In this document: positions 6,585 through 13,194 of the stretch, in pieces
Position numbering within the stretch: the stretch's first letter is position 1
How the letters are laid out: each line of letters begins with the position of its first letter
DNA from: a virus
Reading direction: 5' to 3' (one strand)
Virus genome (UHGV): UHGV-1629023
DNA: 13,194 nt
Translations under genes and position numbers: made by a program
The notes under the pieces: model-generated
Databases searched by the model: none
Seen by the model: only the letters and a program-made list of their open reading frames with translations
Told to the model about the DNA's origin: nothing

Positions 6585-7553
6585 TTAGTAGGTTATTTTT
6601 GTTGCGAATACTTCGCCTTTTACGATGGCTGTTATGATATTTTTAGCAACATCTTCTGATGCGCCAACCTTGATAAGGTCAGCAAGTATTTTGTTATTTA
6701 CTTCTTTCCGGTGAGCTTTATCCTTTGCTCTACGCTCTTCTTCGCCCTTGATTCTTTTTTCTTCTGCTATTCTGGCTTGCTCTTTTGCTTCAGCCTCGCG
6801 ACGGATTCGTTCAGCCTCCTCCTGTGCTTTTCTGCGTTCTGCTTCAATTGCTGCCTGCTTTTCTCTTTCAGCTCGTTCTGCTGCCTCTTTTGCTTCGCGC
6901 TGTGCTCGTTGCTCGGCTTCAATGCGTTCACGCTCTGCACGTTCCGCTGCGGCCTTAGCTTCTGCTTCTCGCCTTGCTGCTGCTTCAATTTCGGCTTTTG
7001 CCTTTGCTTCGGCTTCTGCTCTGGCTTTCTCTTCAGCTTCTCTTTTTAATCGTTCTTCATGCTCTCGCTTTTCCTGCTCCGCTTTGAGTCTTGCCTCTTC
7101 TCTTTGGCGGTCAAATTCGCGATCCATCAAAATAGCTATTTCATGGTCAGACTCAATTTGCTTTGCGAGAGCTTCAGCTGCTGCCTTAGCTTCTTCTTCG
7201 GCTTTAATCCGCGCCTGTTCTTCCTCATAATCAGTAAGAGGCTGGCGCGCCTTGGCTTTCAGCTCATCAAGGCGATCACGCACTGTCTTGCGGTTAGCAT
7301 CAATTAGCTTTGGAATTTCCTTCAGTTCAGCAACAAGGTCTTTGCCAAGACCATCGAGATATGTTTTCGTCTGCGCAACTTTATACGCCAGAGAAGCGAT
7401 CTCCTTTCTGCCCTTTGCCGTTGTGATATCAGGCACAAAGGACATAACTTCATGTTCAACCTTTTGAAGGATTTCTTCAATCTGGTCGGCAGACTGAAAT
7501 ACAGTCATTGCATTTGCTTTTTCAATAACAACTAAATCTGTTACTTCACTCAT
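6585..7553 (-). CDS. Large early-left protein with a long E/A/K/R-rich coiled-coil core; function unknown
   Basis: ATG at 7553 preceded by GGAGGA (the track start at 7607 is upstream of this SD). N-terminal globular part (MSEVTDLVVIEKANAMTVFQSADQIEEILQKVEHEV...), about 150 aa of EAEAKAKAEIEAAARREAEAKAAAERAERERIEAEQRAQREAKEAAERAERE-type repeats, and a short C-terminal tail. Confidence 0.7.
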   Translation of the reverse strand: MSEVTDLVVIEKANAMTVFQSADQIEEILQKVEHEVMSFVPDITTAKGRKEIASLAYKVAQTKTYLDGLGKDLVAELKEIPKLIDANRKTVRDRLDELKAKARQPLTDYEEEQARIKAEEEAKAAAEALAKQIESDHEIAILMDREFDRQREEARLKAEQEKREHEERLKREAEEKARAEAEAKAKAEIEAAARREAEAKAAAERAERERIEAEQRAQREAKEAAERAEREKQAAIEAERRKAQEEAERIRREAEAKEQARIAEEKRIKGEEERRAKDKAHRKEVNNKILADLIKVGASEDVAKNIITAIVKGEVFATKITY

Positions 7554-7565
7554 ATATCCTCCATC

Positions 7566-7592
7566 AAAAAAATTGCCCTCACACTGGAGGGC
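7566..7592 (-). terminator. Intrinsic terminator (tL-like) upstream of the coiled-coil gene
   Basis: Minus-strand GCCCTC-cagtgt-GAGGGC (7575-7592) followed by AATTTTTTT (plus-strand A run 7566-7572). Lies downstream of N in the PL transcript, where N-dependent readthrough would be expected. Confidence 0.45.
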
Positions 7593-7728
7593 AAAGAAGA
7601 TTTCCAATAATCAGAACAAGTCGGCTCCTGTTTAGTTACGAGCGACATTGCTCCGTGTATTCACTCGTTGGAATGAATACACAGTGCAGTGTTTATTCTG
7701 TTGTTTATGCCAAAAATACAGGCCACCA

Positions 7729-7980
7729 TCAGGCAGCCTTGTTGTAAATGTTGCAGGTATCAAGTAAGTAATTAGATGGAGCGCCATAAATTATGAATTC
7801 ATCGTTTGTCGGGTCCATCTCCATCTCTTGGCCTATTGCCATTCTTGCGTCAGTGTCATCAGCGGCGAAGCATAAAACAGCCCACGCACCCATTGTTTTA
7901 AAAAGAACTGCAATTGGCTGTGGTTTTACTGAATTTGCGTTAGCGCGAAAATCACAAATCGCACTTTCATGAAACTCCAT
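7729..7980 (-). CDS. Hypothetical early-left protein (83 aa)
   Basis: ATG at 7980 with GAGGTG SD; sits between N and the coiled-coil gene, the slot used by ral/sieB/ea10-type accessory genes in lambda and P22. Ral-like function is only a positional guess. Confidence 0.55.
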   Translation of the reverse strand: MEFHESAICDFRANANSVKPQPIAVLFKTMGAWAVLCFAADDTDARMAIGQEMEMDPTNDEFIIYGAPSNYLLDTCNIYNKAA

Positions 7981-7988
7981 ATCTCACC

Positions 7989-8288
7989 TCAAATAAGTGG
8001 TTTGCTGCCTAATTTCATTTTCTGGCGACCAACACAAGTCACACCCATTTCACTGCGTGGCTTGCGGTAGTAAATGCGATTCTGTTTACTCTCGACTTCT
8101 TCTGCCTTCTTGCAGCGAAGGCTTCCGAGTGATGCTGCTTTATCTGCTCTGACGCAACCAGAGAGCTTTAGCGCAATTTTTCGCGCCAGTCGCTGCTCTT
8201 GCATTGCCTGTTCACGTTGAGCCTGTCTGCGTGCTCTGCGGCGATTTCTGGCGTTATCGTCAGCCAGATATGTAATGACTACTGTCAT
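7989..8288 (-). CDS. N: Antitermination protein N
   Basis: From the ATG at 8288 (GGAGG 5 nt upstream) the 99-aa product has an N-terminal arginine-rich motif (DDNARNRRRARRQAQREQ) and a C-terminus RIYYRKPRSEMGVTCVGRQKMKLGSKPLI resembling lambda N (...WYSKPGERGITCSGRQKIKGKSIPLI, recalled). The nutL boxA/boxB lie just upstream. Confidence 0.8.
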   Translation of the reverse strand: MTVVITYLADDNARNRRRARRQAQREQAMQEQRLARKIALKLSGCVRADKAASLGSLRCKKAEEVESKQNRIYYRKPRSEMGVTCVGRQKMKLGSKPLI

Positions 8289-8376
8289 GTTGACCTCCGA
8301 TGATTGACTTTGGCGGTGACGCGCCGGGTGCTTATCTTCCGGTTGCCGTCGTGCAGCTGCCAACTACTCTTTGGTT

Positions 8377-8416
8377 CCCGCATTTCGGCGGGACAATCCC
8401 ATCAATGTTAAAGAGC
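8377..8416 (-). promoter_or_regulatory. nutL: nutL: boxA (GCTCTTTAACA) plus boxB hairpin (CCCGC-CGAAAT-GCGGG)
   Basis: On the minus strand, boxA GCTCTTTAACA (8406-8416) is followed 13 nt later by the boxB stem-loop (8377-8392). The same boxB sequence recurs in nutR at 10064-10079. Located between PL and N. Confidence 0.6.
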
Positions 8417-8462
8417 CTGCCAATCTGTTCCGTTTGGCTTCCAGCGTCCTGCTGATGGCTAA

Positions 8463-8549
8463 AGAATACTGTAGGTATTTTATTGTGTAAATACCCAAGG
8501 TATTTATTTTTGGTGAAATAATGATAAGCAAATGAATACAAAGGATATT
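8463..8549 (-). promoter_or_regulatory. PL promoter with OL operators (AATAC-N5-GTATT sites)
   Basis: Minus-strand -35 TTTACA (8486-8491), 17-bp spacer, -10 TATTCT (8463-8468). Three 15-bp near-palindromes: aatactgtaggtatt (8465-8479), aatacccaaggtatt (8490-8504), aatacaaaggatatt (8535-8549). The first two overlap the -10 and -35. Confidence 0.5.
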
Positions 8550-8635
8550 TATTTTTTCGGTGTCTGCTTGTTCAGTGCGTTTTATGCGGGATATGTGAAG
8601 TGGATCCCGATAGCTATTGCTGCCGGGATTATAGG

Positions 8636-9004
8636 TTAGTCAGCGAAGGTTAAGACGAGAATTACCTTAATGATGTCTGCTACAACAGACACGGCCATAG
8701 ATAAACCAAAGACGATCCAAGCCACAGTGATGTCTTCACTACCATCGTATAGAGTTCCGTAATCACTGGTGTAAGGCGTAAATGTCGCGCCTTGATACAA
8801 TAGGTATAAGCTTGATCCATAGAGGATAAATGCAGATATCCCTTGTATTGCTATGATCACCAGAATCATGAAACGAGCTGATCTATGCGCCCAAGCCTGG
8901 CTTATTTTTTCTGATAGAGATTTCGCAATAAAAGCATGCGCTAAGCCGTAAATTGTCGAGATTGCCAACATCCCAAAAAAGCTTGCTATAGCGGTTCCAA
9001 CCAT
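8636..9004 (-). CDS. Small integral membrane protein (about 122 aa, 3 predicted TM helices) encoded immediately downstream of cI
   Basis: ATG at 9004 preceded by AAGGGG (5-nt spacer) (the track start at 9025 is a TTG overlapping the cI stop). Three hydrophobic segments (AIASFFGMLAISTIYGLAHAFIA; FMILVIIAIQGISAFILYGSSLYLLY; VAWIVFGLSMAVSVVADIIKVILVLTF). Occupies the slot held by rexA-rexB in lambda. Confidence 0.6.
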   Translation of the reverse strand: MVGTAIASFFGMLAISTIYGLAHAFIAKSLSEKISQAWAHRSARFMILVIIAIQGISAFILYGSSLYLLYQGATFTPYTSDYGTLYDGSEDITVAWIVFGLSMAVSVVADIIKVILVLTFAD

Positions 9005-9021
9005 AATCGCCCCTTGCGTGA

Positions 9022-9738
9022 TCAAACCAGCCTTAGTTTTGTCTCAATTGCAACGCCTATAATCTTGCAGTTTCCATTGATTGGCACGAGAGGCCATGCA
9101 GGATTAAGTCCCTTGAGGTATTTATTTCCGCCGTCGATTATCAGCTTCTTGAATGTTGCTTCGTTAGAGTCAGAAAGTTTTGCTATGACCAAGCTGCCGT
9201 TGATCGCCTCCCTTCCGGTATCGAAAAGAACGAATGTTCCCTCTGGAATGCTTAACCCAACCGGTGCCGTCATTGAATCACCTTCCACTTTAAGCCAGAA
9301 CGCATTACCTTGAATATGCGCGTCAGACTCAAGCCAAACATCTATGTCTTTAATGGTGTATGGTTCGCATGCTTCACACCACGAGCCAGCCTGGATACTG
9401 CTTAACACCGGATACCTCTTTCCTGCTCTGTATTCCCCTGCATACCTTACGTTGGCATCGCTCTTAAGGCTTTCTGCCTGTTCTGCAACCTTGGCAGCAA
9501 TTGACTGGCTAAAATCAGCAATTGAGACTTGCAACAATCGTGCAAAACCAGATGCAACCTCAACGTTTAGCGCATTTCTGCCATTAAGATAATGCCCTAC
9601 CGCTCCTTGGGTGATACCCAGTTCATCAGCGATTGAGTATTGGGTTATCCCCAATTCTTTCTTTTTTGACTCATACAAAGCCTTAAGCCGCTTAGCGTCT
9701 TCCAGCTGTTCTGTCGTCAGTGATTTTTTATTTTCCAT
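9022..9738 (-). CDS. cI: CI repressor (lambda CI family, HTH plus S24 LexA-like autopeptidase domain)
   Basis: 238 aa; N-terminus MENKKSLTTEQLEDAKRLKALYESKKKELGITQ... parallels lambda CI ([34 protein letters not shown], recalled). C-terminal domain has GDSM (catalytic Ser) and ATFKKL (Lys). Divergent from cro across the OR region. Confidence 0.9.
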   Translation of the reverse strand: MENKKSLTTEQLEDAKRLKALYESKKKELGITQYSIADELGITQGAVGHYLNGRNALNVEVASGFARLLQVSIADFSQSIAAKVAEQAESLKSDANVRYAGEYRAGKRYPVLSSIQAGSWCEACEPYTIKDIDVWLESDAHIQGNAFWLKVEGDSMTAPVGLSIPEGTFVLFDTGREAINGSLVIAKLSDSNEATFKKLIIDGGNKYLKGLNPAWPLVPINGNCKIIGVAIETKLRLV

Positions 9739-9744
9739 AGCTTA

Positions 9745-9815
9745 ATTCTAATAGCTAAGGTACTTAAACTAAAAATACCCTGAGTATTGATTGCTTTGAA
9801 TACCTGTAGTATTCT
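9745..9815. promoter_or_regulatory. OR region: PRM, PR and OR operators
   Basis: Operators aataccctgagtatt (9774-9788), aatacctgtagtatt (9799-9813) and a degenerate aatagctaaggtact (9750-9764), spaced 24-25 bp. PR: -35 TTGATT (9787-9792), 17-bp spacer, -10 TATTCT (9810-9815). PRM (minus strand): -10 TAGAAT (9745-9750) ending 6 nt before the cI ATG, implying a leaderless cI mRNA. Confidence 0.55.
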
Positions 9816-9844
9816 TTGTTCATGGTTAATAACGGAGAGTGCAT

Positions 9845-10030
9845 ATGATTCGAATGACACTTGCCGATTACGCCAAAATCCATGGACAGGCTAAAGCAGC
9901 CAGTGACTTTGGTGTAATCCAGTGCAAGGCCATTCTGGCAGGCCGTAACATCATGGTTACGGTAAAGCCTGATGGCAGTGTGATTGGAGAGGAAGTTCGT
10001 CCTTTCCCAAGCAACAAGAAAAACAAATAG
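9845..10030 (+). CDS. cro: Cro repressor (lambda Cro-like)
   Basis: From the ATG at 9845 (GGAGAG SD), 61 aa [61 protein letters not shown], close to lambda Cro (...[59 protein letters not shown], recalled). Confidence 0.85.
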   Translation: MIRMTLADYAKIHGQAKAASDFGVIQCKAILAGRNIMVTVKPDGSVIGEEVRPFPSNKKNK

Positions 10031-10036
10031 TAACAC

Positions 10037-10079
10037 CGCTCTTTAACAGTCATGGTCATCATTCCCGCCGAAATGCGGG
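10037..10079 (+). promoter_or_regulatory. nutR: nutR: boxA (CGCTCTTTAACA) plus boxB hairpin
   Basis: CGCTCTTTAACA at 10037-10048 is the consensus boxA; 15 nt downstream is CCCGC-CGAAAT-GCGGG (10064-10079), identical to the nutL boxB. Lies between cro and cII. Confidence 0.65.
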
Positions 10080-10087
10080 AATACAAC

Positions 10088-10112
10088 GCGCATAAGTTGA
10101 TGCGCATAACTT
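10088..10112 (+). terminator. tR1-like hairpin between nutR and cII
   Basis: GCGCAT-aagttg-ATGCGC (10088-10105) followed by a moderately T-rich stretch; position matches lambda tR1. Weak as an intrinsic terminator. Confidence 0.3.
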
Positions 10113-10138
10113 CTTATTTGTTAAGGAAATACTTACAT

Positions 10139-10417
10139 ATGGAACTTACAAGTACTCGCAAGAAAGCGAATGCAATTACAAGCAACATCCTGAATCGAAT
10201 TGCTGTACGTGGTCAGCGAAAGGTTGCCGACGCGTTAGGGATTAATGAATCGCAAATTTCGCGATGGAAAGACAGCTTCATCCCAAAAATGGGAATGCTT
10301 CTGGCTGTTCTTGAATGGGGTGTTGAAGACGAGGAGTTGGCGGAAATGGCTAAGAAAGTAGCCAGAATGCTGACAAAAGAAAAAGCCCCGAAGAACGGCG
10401 AATTCTTCGAGGCCTGA
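10139..10417 (+). CDS. cII: CII transcriptional activator
   Basis: Leader taaggaaatacttacatATG matches the lambda cII ribosome-binding region as I recall it. Product ...SNILNRIAVRGQRKVADALGINESQISRWKDSFIPKMGMLLAVLEWGVEDEELAEMAKKVARMLT parallels lambda CII (...ESALLNKIAMLGTEKTAEAVGVDKSQISRWKRDWIPKFSMLLAVLEWGV...). The track ORF 10052..10417 is an upstream over-extension. Confidence 0.85.
   Translation: MELTSTRKKANAITSNILNRIAVRGQRKVADALGINESQISRWKDSFIPKMGMLLAVLEWGVEDEELAEMAKKVARMLTKEKAPKNGEFFEA
10172..10185 (-). promoter_or_regulatory. PRE-like CII-binding site (TTGC-N6-TTGC)
   Basis: The minus strand reads TTGCTTGTAATTGC, matching the TTGC-N6-TTGC direct repeat bound by CII at lambda PRE; it lies inside the 5' end of cII in antisense orientation, as in lambda. 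Confidence 0.45.
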
Positions 10418-10451
10418 TGTAGAAAGACTGGATCAATCCACAGGAGTAATT

Positions 10452-10619
10452 ATGACAAAACGTCGTAAGAAATACCAGGAAAAAGAAGAGATTCGACACC
10501 CTGATTCACCTGAGGGATTAGTGGTAGCCGCAGCAAATAACAGGGCGTTCGCAGAGCGCCTTGTTGGTGTTTACAGACTAGCCAAAGCAGGAGTGAAACA
10601 TGGGCGTCGTTAAGTTAGC
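10452..10619 (+). CDS. Small basic ORF between cII and O (55 aa), tentative
   Basis: ATG at 10452 preceded by CAGGAG (6-nt spacer); product [53 protein letters not shown]. Overlaps the O start by 20 nt. Absent from the track only because it is under 60 aa. Confidence 0.3.
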
Positions 10620-11421
10620 TGATTACAGGCCTCAACTGGAGGTCGTGGAGCATCGCGTGGCAGATACCGAAGATGGTTTCATGCGCGTTGCTAACGAGAT
10701 TACCGACAGTCTGCTGATGGCTGATTTAACCGTCCGGCAGTTGAAGGTGATGCTCGCTATCATGCGCAAGACATATGGATTCAATAAGCCGATGGATCGA
10801 CTCACAAACACGCAGATAGCAGCCATGACAGGTATTCATCACACTCATGTTTGCGCTGCCAAGCGCCAGCTTATTGAGCGTAAATTCCTCATTGCTGATG
10901 GCGTGAAAATCGGAGTGAACAAGGTGGTTTCTCAGTGGATTAGCCAGGACAGCTTAACATTAGCTAAAACAGCTAATAAAACATTAGCCAAGTCGGCTAA
11001 TGGGTATAAGCCAAGTCAGCTAAACACAAAAGACAATATACAAAAGACAATAAATACAAATACCCCCTTACCCCCTAACGGGGGCGGCGATGGGCAGGTT
11101 AAACCTGAACGTCGCAAGGCAGAACGAATCGACTACGAATCCTTCCTGAACGCCTACAACACCGAAGTCGGTGACAGACTTCCGCATGCTGTTGCGGTCA
11201 ACGAGAAACGCAAACGCCGCCTGAAGAAAATCATCCCGCAACTGAAAACGCCAAACGTGGACGGTTTCAGAGCGTATGTCAGGGCGTTTGTGCATCAGGC
11301 CAAACCGTTTTACTTCGGAGACAACGACACGGGCTGGACGGCCGATTTTGATTACCTGCTGAGGGAAGATTCGTTAACGGGAGTACGGGAAGGGAAGTTT
11401 GCAGACAGGGGGATTGCATGA
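10600..11421 (+). CDS. O: Replication initiation protein O (lambda O-like)
   Basis: ATG at 10600 with AGGAG SD. N-terminal domain ...[55 protein letters not shown] parallels lambda O (...DDGYARLSNMLLEAYSGADLTKRQFKVLLAILRKTYGWNKPMDRITDSQLSEIT, recalled). The central linker encodes the ori iterons. Stop overlaps the helicase start (ATGA). Confidence 0.85.
   Translation: MGVVKLADYRPQLEVVEHRVADTEDGFMRVANEITDSLLMADLTVRQLKVMLAIMRKTYGFNKPMDRLTNTQIAAMTGIHHTHVCAAKRQLIERKFLIADGVKIGVNKVVSQWISQDSLTLAKTANKTLAKSANGYKPSQLNTKDNIQKTINTNTPLPPNGGGDGQVKPERRKAERIDYESFLNAYNTEVGDRLPHAVAVNEKRKRRLKKIIPQLKTPNVDGFRAYVRAFVHQAKPFYFGDNDTGWTADFDYLLREDSLTGVREGKFADRGIA
10938..11070 (+). repeat. ori: Replication origin: four ~20-bp iterons plus adjacent AT-rich region, inside O
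   Basis: attagccaggacagcttaac (10939-10958), cattagctaaaacagctaat (10958-10977), cattagccaagtcggctaat (10982-11001), ataagccaagtcagctaaac (11006-11025), each with internal TTAGC...GCTAA dyad symmetry at roughly 24-bp periodicity, followed by an A-rich run (11026-11062). Architecture matches lambda ori. Confidence 0.55.
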
Positions 11422-12794
11422 GACAGGATATCGAAGCGAGCGTTATCGGTGGCCTGCTGATTGGTGGATTAACTCCAACCGCCAGCGACGTTCTGGCAAC
11501 GCTGGAGCCGGAAGCGTTTTCAATTCCGCTCTACCGGAAAGCCTTCGAGGTTATCCGCAAGCAGGCGAGAAACAGAAACCTAATCGATGCGCTGATGGTT
11601 GCCGAGGCGTGCGGAGAGGAGAATTTCACGTCAATCCTGATGACCAGCAAAAACTGTCCGAGTGCCGCAAACCTGAAGGGATATGCCGGAATGGTCGCGG
11701 ATAACTATCACCGCCGTCTGGTGCTGGAAATCATGGATGAAATGCGTGAACCAATCCAAAGCGGAACCATCGACGCATCGAGTCAGGCGATGGATGAACT
11801 TGTAAAGCGTCTTTCAGCCATCAGAAAGCCCCGTGACGAGGTTAAACCTGTACGGTTAGGGGAAATCATCACTGACTACACTGACACGCTTGACAGGCGT
11901 CTGAGGAACGGAGAAGAGTCAGATACCCTGAAGACCGGAATCGACGAACTTGACGCCATCACCGGAGGGATGAACGCGGAAGACCTGGTGATAATCGCCG
12001 CTCGTCCTGGTATGGGGAAAACCGAACTGGCGCTAAAGATTGCCGAAGGCGTTGCAAGCCGCGTTATTCCTGGTTCTGACGTCAGGCGCGGGGTATTGAT
12101 TTTCTCAATGGAAATGAGCGCATTGCAGATTGCAGAGCGAAGCATTGCCAACGCCGGGAGGATGTCGGTTAGCGTGCTGCGAAATCCTGCTTCGATGGAT
12201 GACGAAGGCTGGGCGCGCGTTGCTAATGGCATGAGTCAGCTTGCAGATTTGGATGTATGGGTAGTCGATGCCTCGCGGTTATCGGTCGAAGAAATACGCT
12301 CAATCGCAGAACGGCACAAACAGGAAAATCCAAACCTGTCACTCATCATGGTGGATTATCTTGGCCTGATTGAGAAGCCGAAAGCAGATCGCAACGATCT
12401 CGCAATTGCTCACATCTCCGGAAGCCTGAAGGCGATGGCGAAAGACCTGAAAACGCCTGTTATCTCCCTAAGTCAGCTTTCGCGCGATGTTGAGAAGCGA
12501 CCAAACAAACGCCCGACAAACGCAGATTTGCGTGATTCAGGAAGCATTGAACAGGACGCAGACTCAATCATCATGCTCTATCGGGAAGCGGTATATGACG
12601 AGAACAGTAGCGCCGCGCCATTTGCTGAAATCATCGTGACAAAAAACCGTTTTGGCTCACTTGGTACGGTTTACCAGCGGTTCTGCAACGGACACTTTGT
12701 TGCATGTGATCAGGATGAAGCCAGACAGATTTGCACAGCATCAAATGCACCTGCTGCGCGTGGCAGACGATATGCACAAGGGGCTGACGTATGA
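11418..12794 (+). CDS. Replicative DNA helicase, DnaB family (phage-encoded, P22 gene 12-like)
   Basis: 458 aa with a Walker A motif ([14 protein letters not shown]) and DnaB-type C-terminal helicase motifs ([10 protein letters not shown]; [39 protein letters not shown]). Start overlaps the O stop (ATGA). Confidence 0.9.
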   Translation: MRQDIEASVIGGLLIGGLTPTASDVLATLEPEAFSIPLYRKAFEVIRKQARNRNLIDALMVAEACGEENFTSILMTSKNCPSAANLKGYAGMVADNYHRRLVLEIMDEMREPIQSGTIDASSQAMDELVKRLSAIRKPRDEVKPVRLGEIITDYTDTLDRRLRNGEESDTLKTGIDELDAITGGMNAEDLVIIAARPGMGKTELALKIAEGVASRVIPGSDVRRGVLIFSMEMSALQIAERSIANAGRMSVSVLRNPASMDDEGWARVANGMSQLADLDVWVVDASRLSVEEIRSIAERHKQENPNLSLIMVDYLGLIEKPKADRNDLAIAHISGSLKAMAKDLKTPVISLSQLSRDVEKRPNKRPTNADLRDSGSIEQDADSIIMLYREAVYDENSSAAPFAEIIVTKNRFGSLGTVYQRFCNGHFVACDQDEARQICTASNAPAARGRRYAQGADV

Positions 12795-12819
12795 CCATCT
12801 ACATCACTGAGCTAATAAC

Positions 12820-12851
12820 AGGCCTGCTGGTAATCGCAGGCCTTTTTATTT
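12820..12851 (+). terminator. Intrinsic terminator (tR2-like) after the helicase gene
   Basis: AGGCCTGC-tggtaatc-GCAGGCCT (8-bp GC-rich stem, 12820-12843) followed by TTTTTATTT. Position after the replication genes matches lambda tR2 at the start of the nin region. Confidence 0.6.
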
Positions 12852-12879
12852 GGGGGAGAGTAATTGGAGGCTTTAAGAA

Positions 12880-13095
12880 ATGAGTACGATAGCTGAGCTT
12901 GTCCGCGCCGACTTTAAGGAGAACATTGGTCGTGCAAAGCGGTACTGGTCTGCTTCCAGACTTCCGACTGGCGAGAGACAGAAAAACGCCCCTGAGCCAC
13001 GTAGCTATCCGCGTGACCGCGTTCTTCGCCGGTTGGTTAAAATCGATACTGATTTTCAGTGTGACAGAATTATCCGGAACCTGGATTTAAAGTGA
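12880..13095 (+). CDS. Hypothetical basic protein (71 aa), first gene after the tR2-like terminator
   Basis: ATG at 12880; product MSTIAELVRADFKENIGRAKRYWSASRLPTGERQKNAPEPRSYPRDRVLRRLVKIDTDFQCDRIIRNLDLK. No family recognised. Confidence 0.5.
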   Translation: MSTIAELVRADFKENIGRAKRYWSASRLPTGERQKNAPEPRSYPRDRVLRRLVKIDTDFQCDRIIRNLDLK

Positions 13096-13105
13096 AGGAG
13101 TGAGC

Positions 13106-13194
13106 ATGACAAATCAGCAGCAAATAGAGTTCATCCTTGAGCAGATCCGAAAAATGCGAGAAAAGAACCAGCCAGACATGATGGAAATATGGAG
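13106..13194 (+). CDS. 5' fragment of a hypothetical protein running off the right edge
   Basis: ATG at 13106 preceded by AAGGAG (5-nt spacer); 29 codons (MTNQQQIEFILEQIRKMREKNQPDMMEIW...) open to the window end. Confidence 0.45.
   Translation, partial: MTNQQQIEFILEQIRKMREKNQPDMMEIW

Noticed and set aside
6711-7307. Plus-strand ORFs 6711..7049, 6748..7230, 7059..7307 and minus-strand 6767..6988
   Set aside because: Frame artefacts of the repetitive GAA/GCT-rich coiled-coil coding sequence of the 6585..7553 gene; the products are Ser/Ala- or Cys/Phe-rich nonsense.
8332-8541. Minus-strand 69-aa ORF spanning the N leader
   Set aside because: It runs across the nutL boxA/boxB and the PL/OL operators; regulatory DNA rather than coding.
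9764-10107. Minus-strand ORFs 9764..10036 and 9868..10107 opposite cro and nutR
   Set aside because: Antisense to cro and the nutR/tR1 leader; no start signals. A PRE-derived antisense transcript is expected here but is regulatory, not coding.
12791-12883. 32-aa hydrophobic ORF ATGA-coupled to the helicase stop
   Set aside because: Its middle is exactly the 8-bp GC stem and T-run of the tR2-like terminator at 12820-12851; the hydrophobic codons reflect the T-rich terminator rather than a gene.
1-13194. CRISPR arrays, rRNA, tRNA, IS elements
   Set aside because: No regularly spaced direct repeats with unique spacers, no rRNA- or tRNA-like structure, and no transposase-like ORF or terminal inverted repeats were seen; the only mobile-element signature is the prophage itself.

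Overview
This window reads as the left arm, immunity region and start of the replication region of a lambdoid (lambda/P22-mosaic) enterobacterial prophage. All calls rest on reading the sequence and on recalled family resemblance; no database search was run. From the left edge: a P4-type tyrosine integrase and an AlpA-like excisionase on the minus strand, then a translationally coupled block of minus-strand accessory 'ea' genes (DUF3850/ASCH-like, DUF551, Ead/Ea22-like and unknowns), then SSB-like plus Erf recombination genes, kil- and cIII-like small genes, a large coiled-coil protein, and an N-like antiterminator with nutL. The immunity core follows: PL/OL, a small 3-TM membrane protein downstream of cI, a lambda-like CI repressor, OR/PRM/PR, lambda-like Cro, nutR and CII. 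The rightward replication genes are an O-like initiator carrying ori iterons and a DnaB-family helicase, followed by a tR2-like terminator and the first downstream genes. The most interesting candidates for something undescribed are the membrane protein in the rexAB-equivalent slot, the large charged coiled-coil protein in the PL operon, and the uncharacterised ea block. No rRNA, tRNA or CRISPR array was found.
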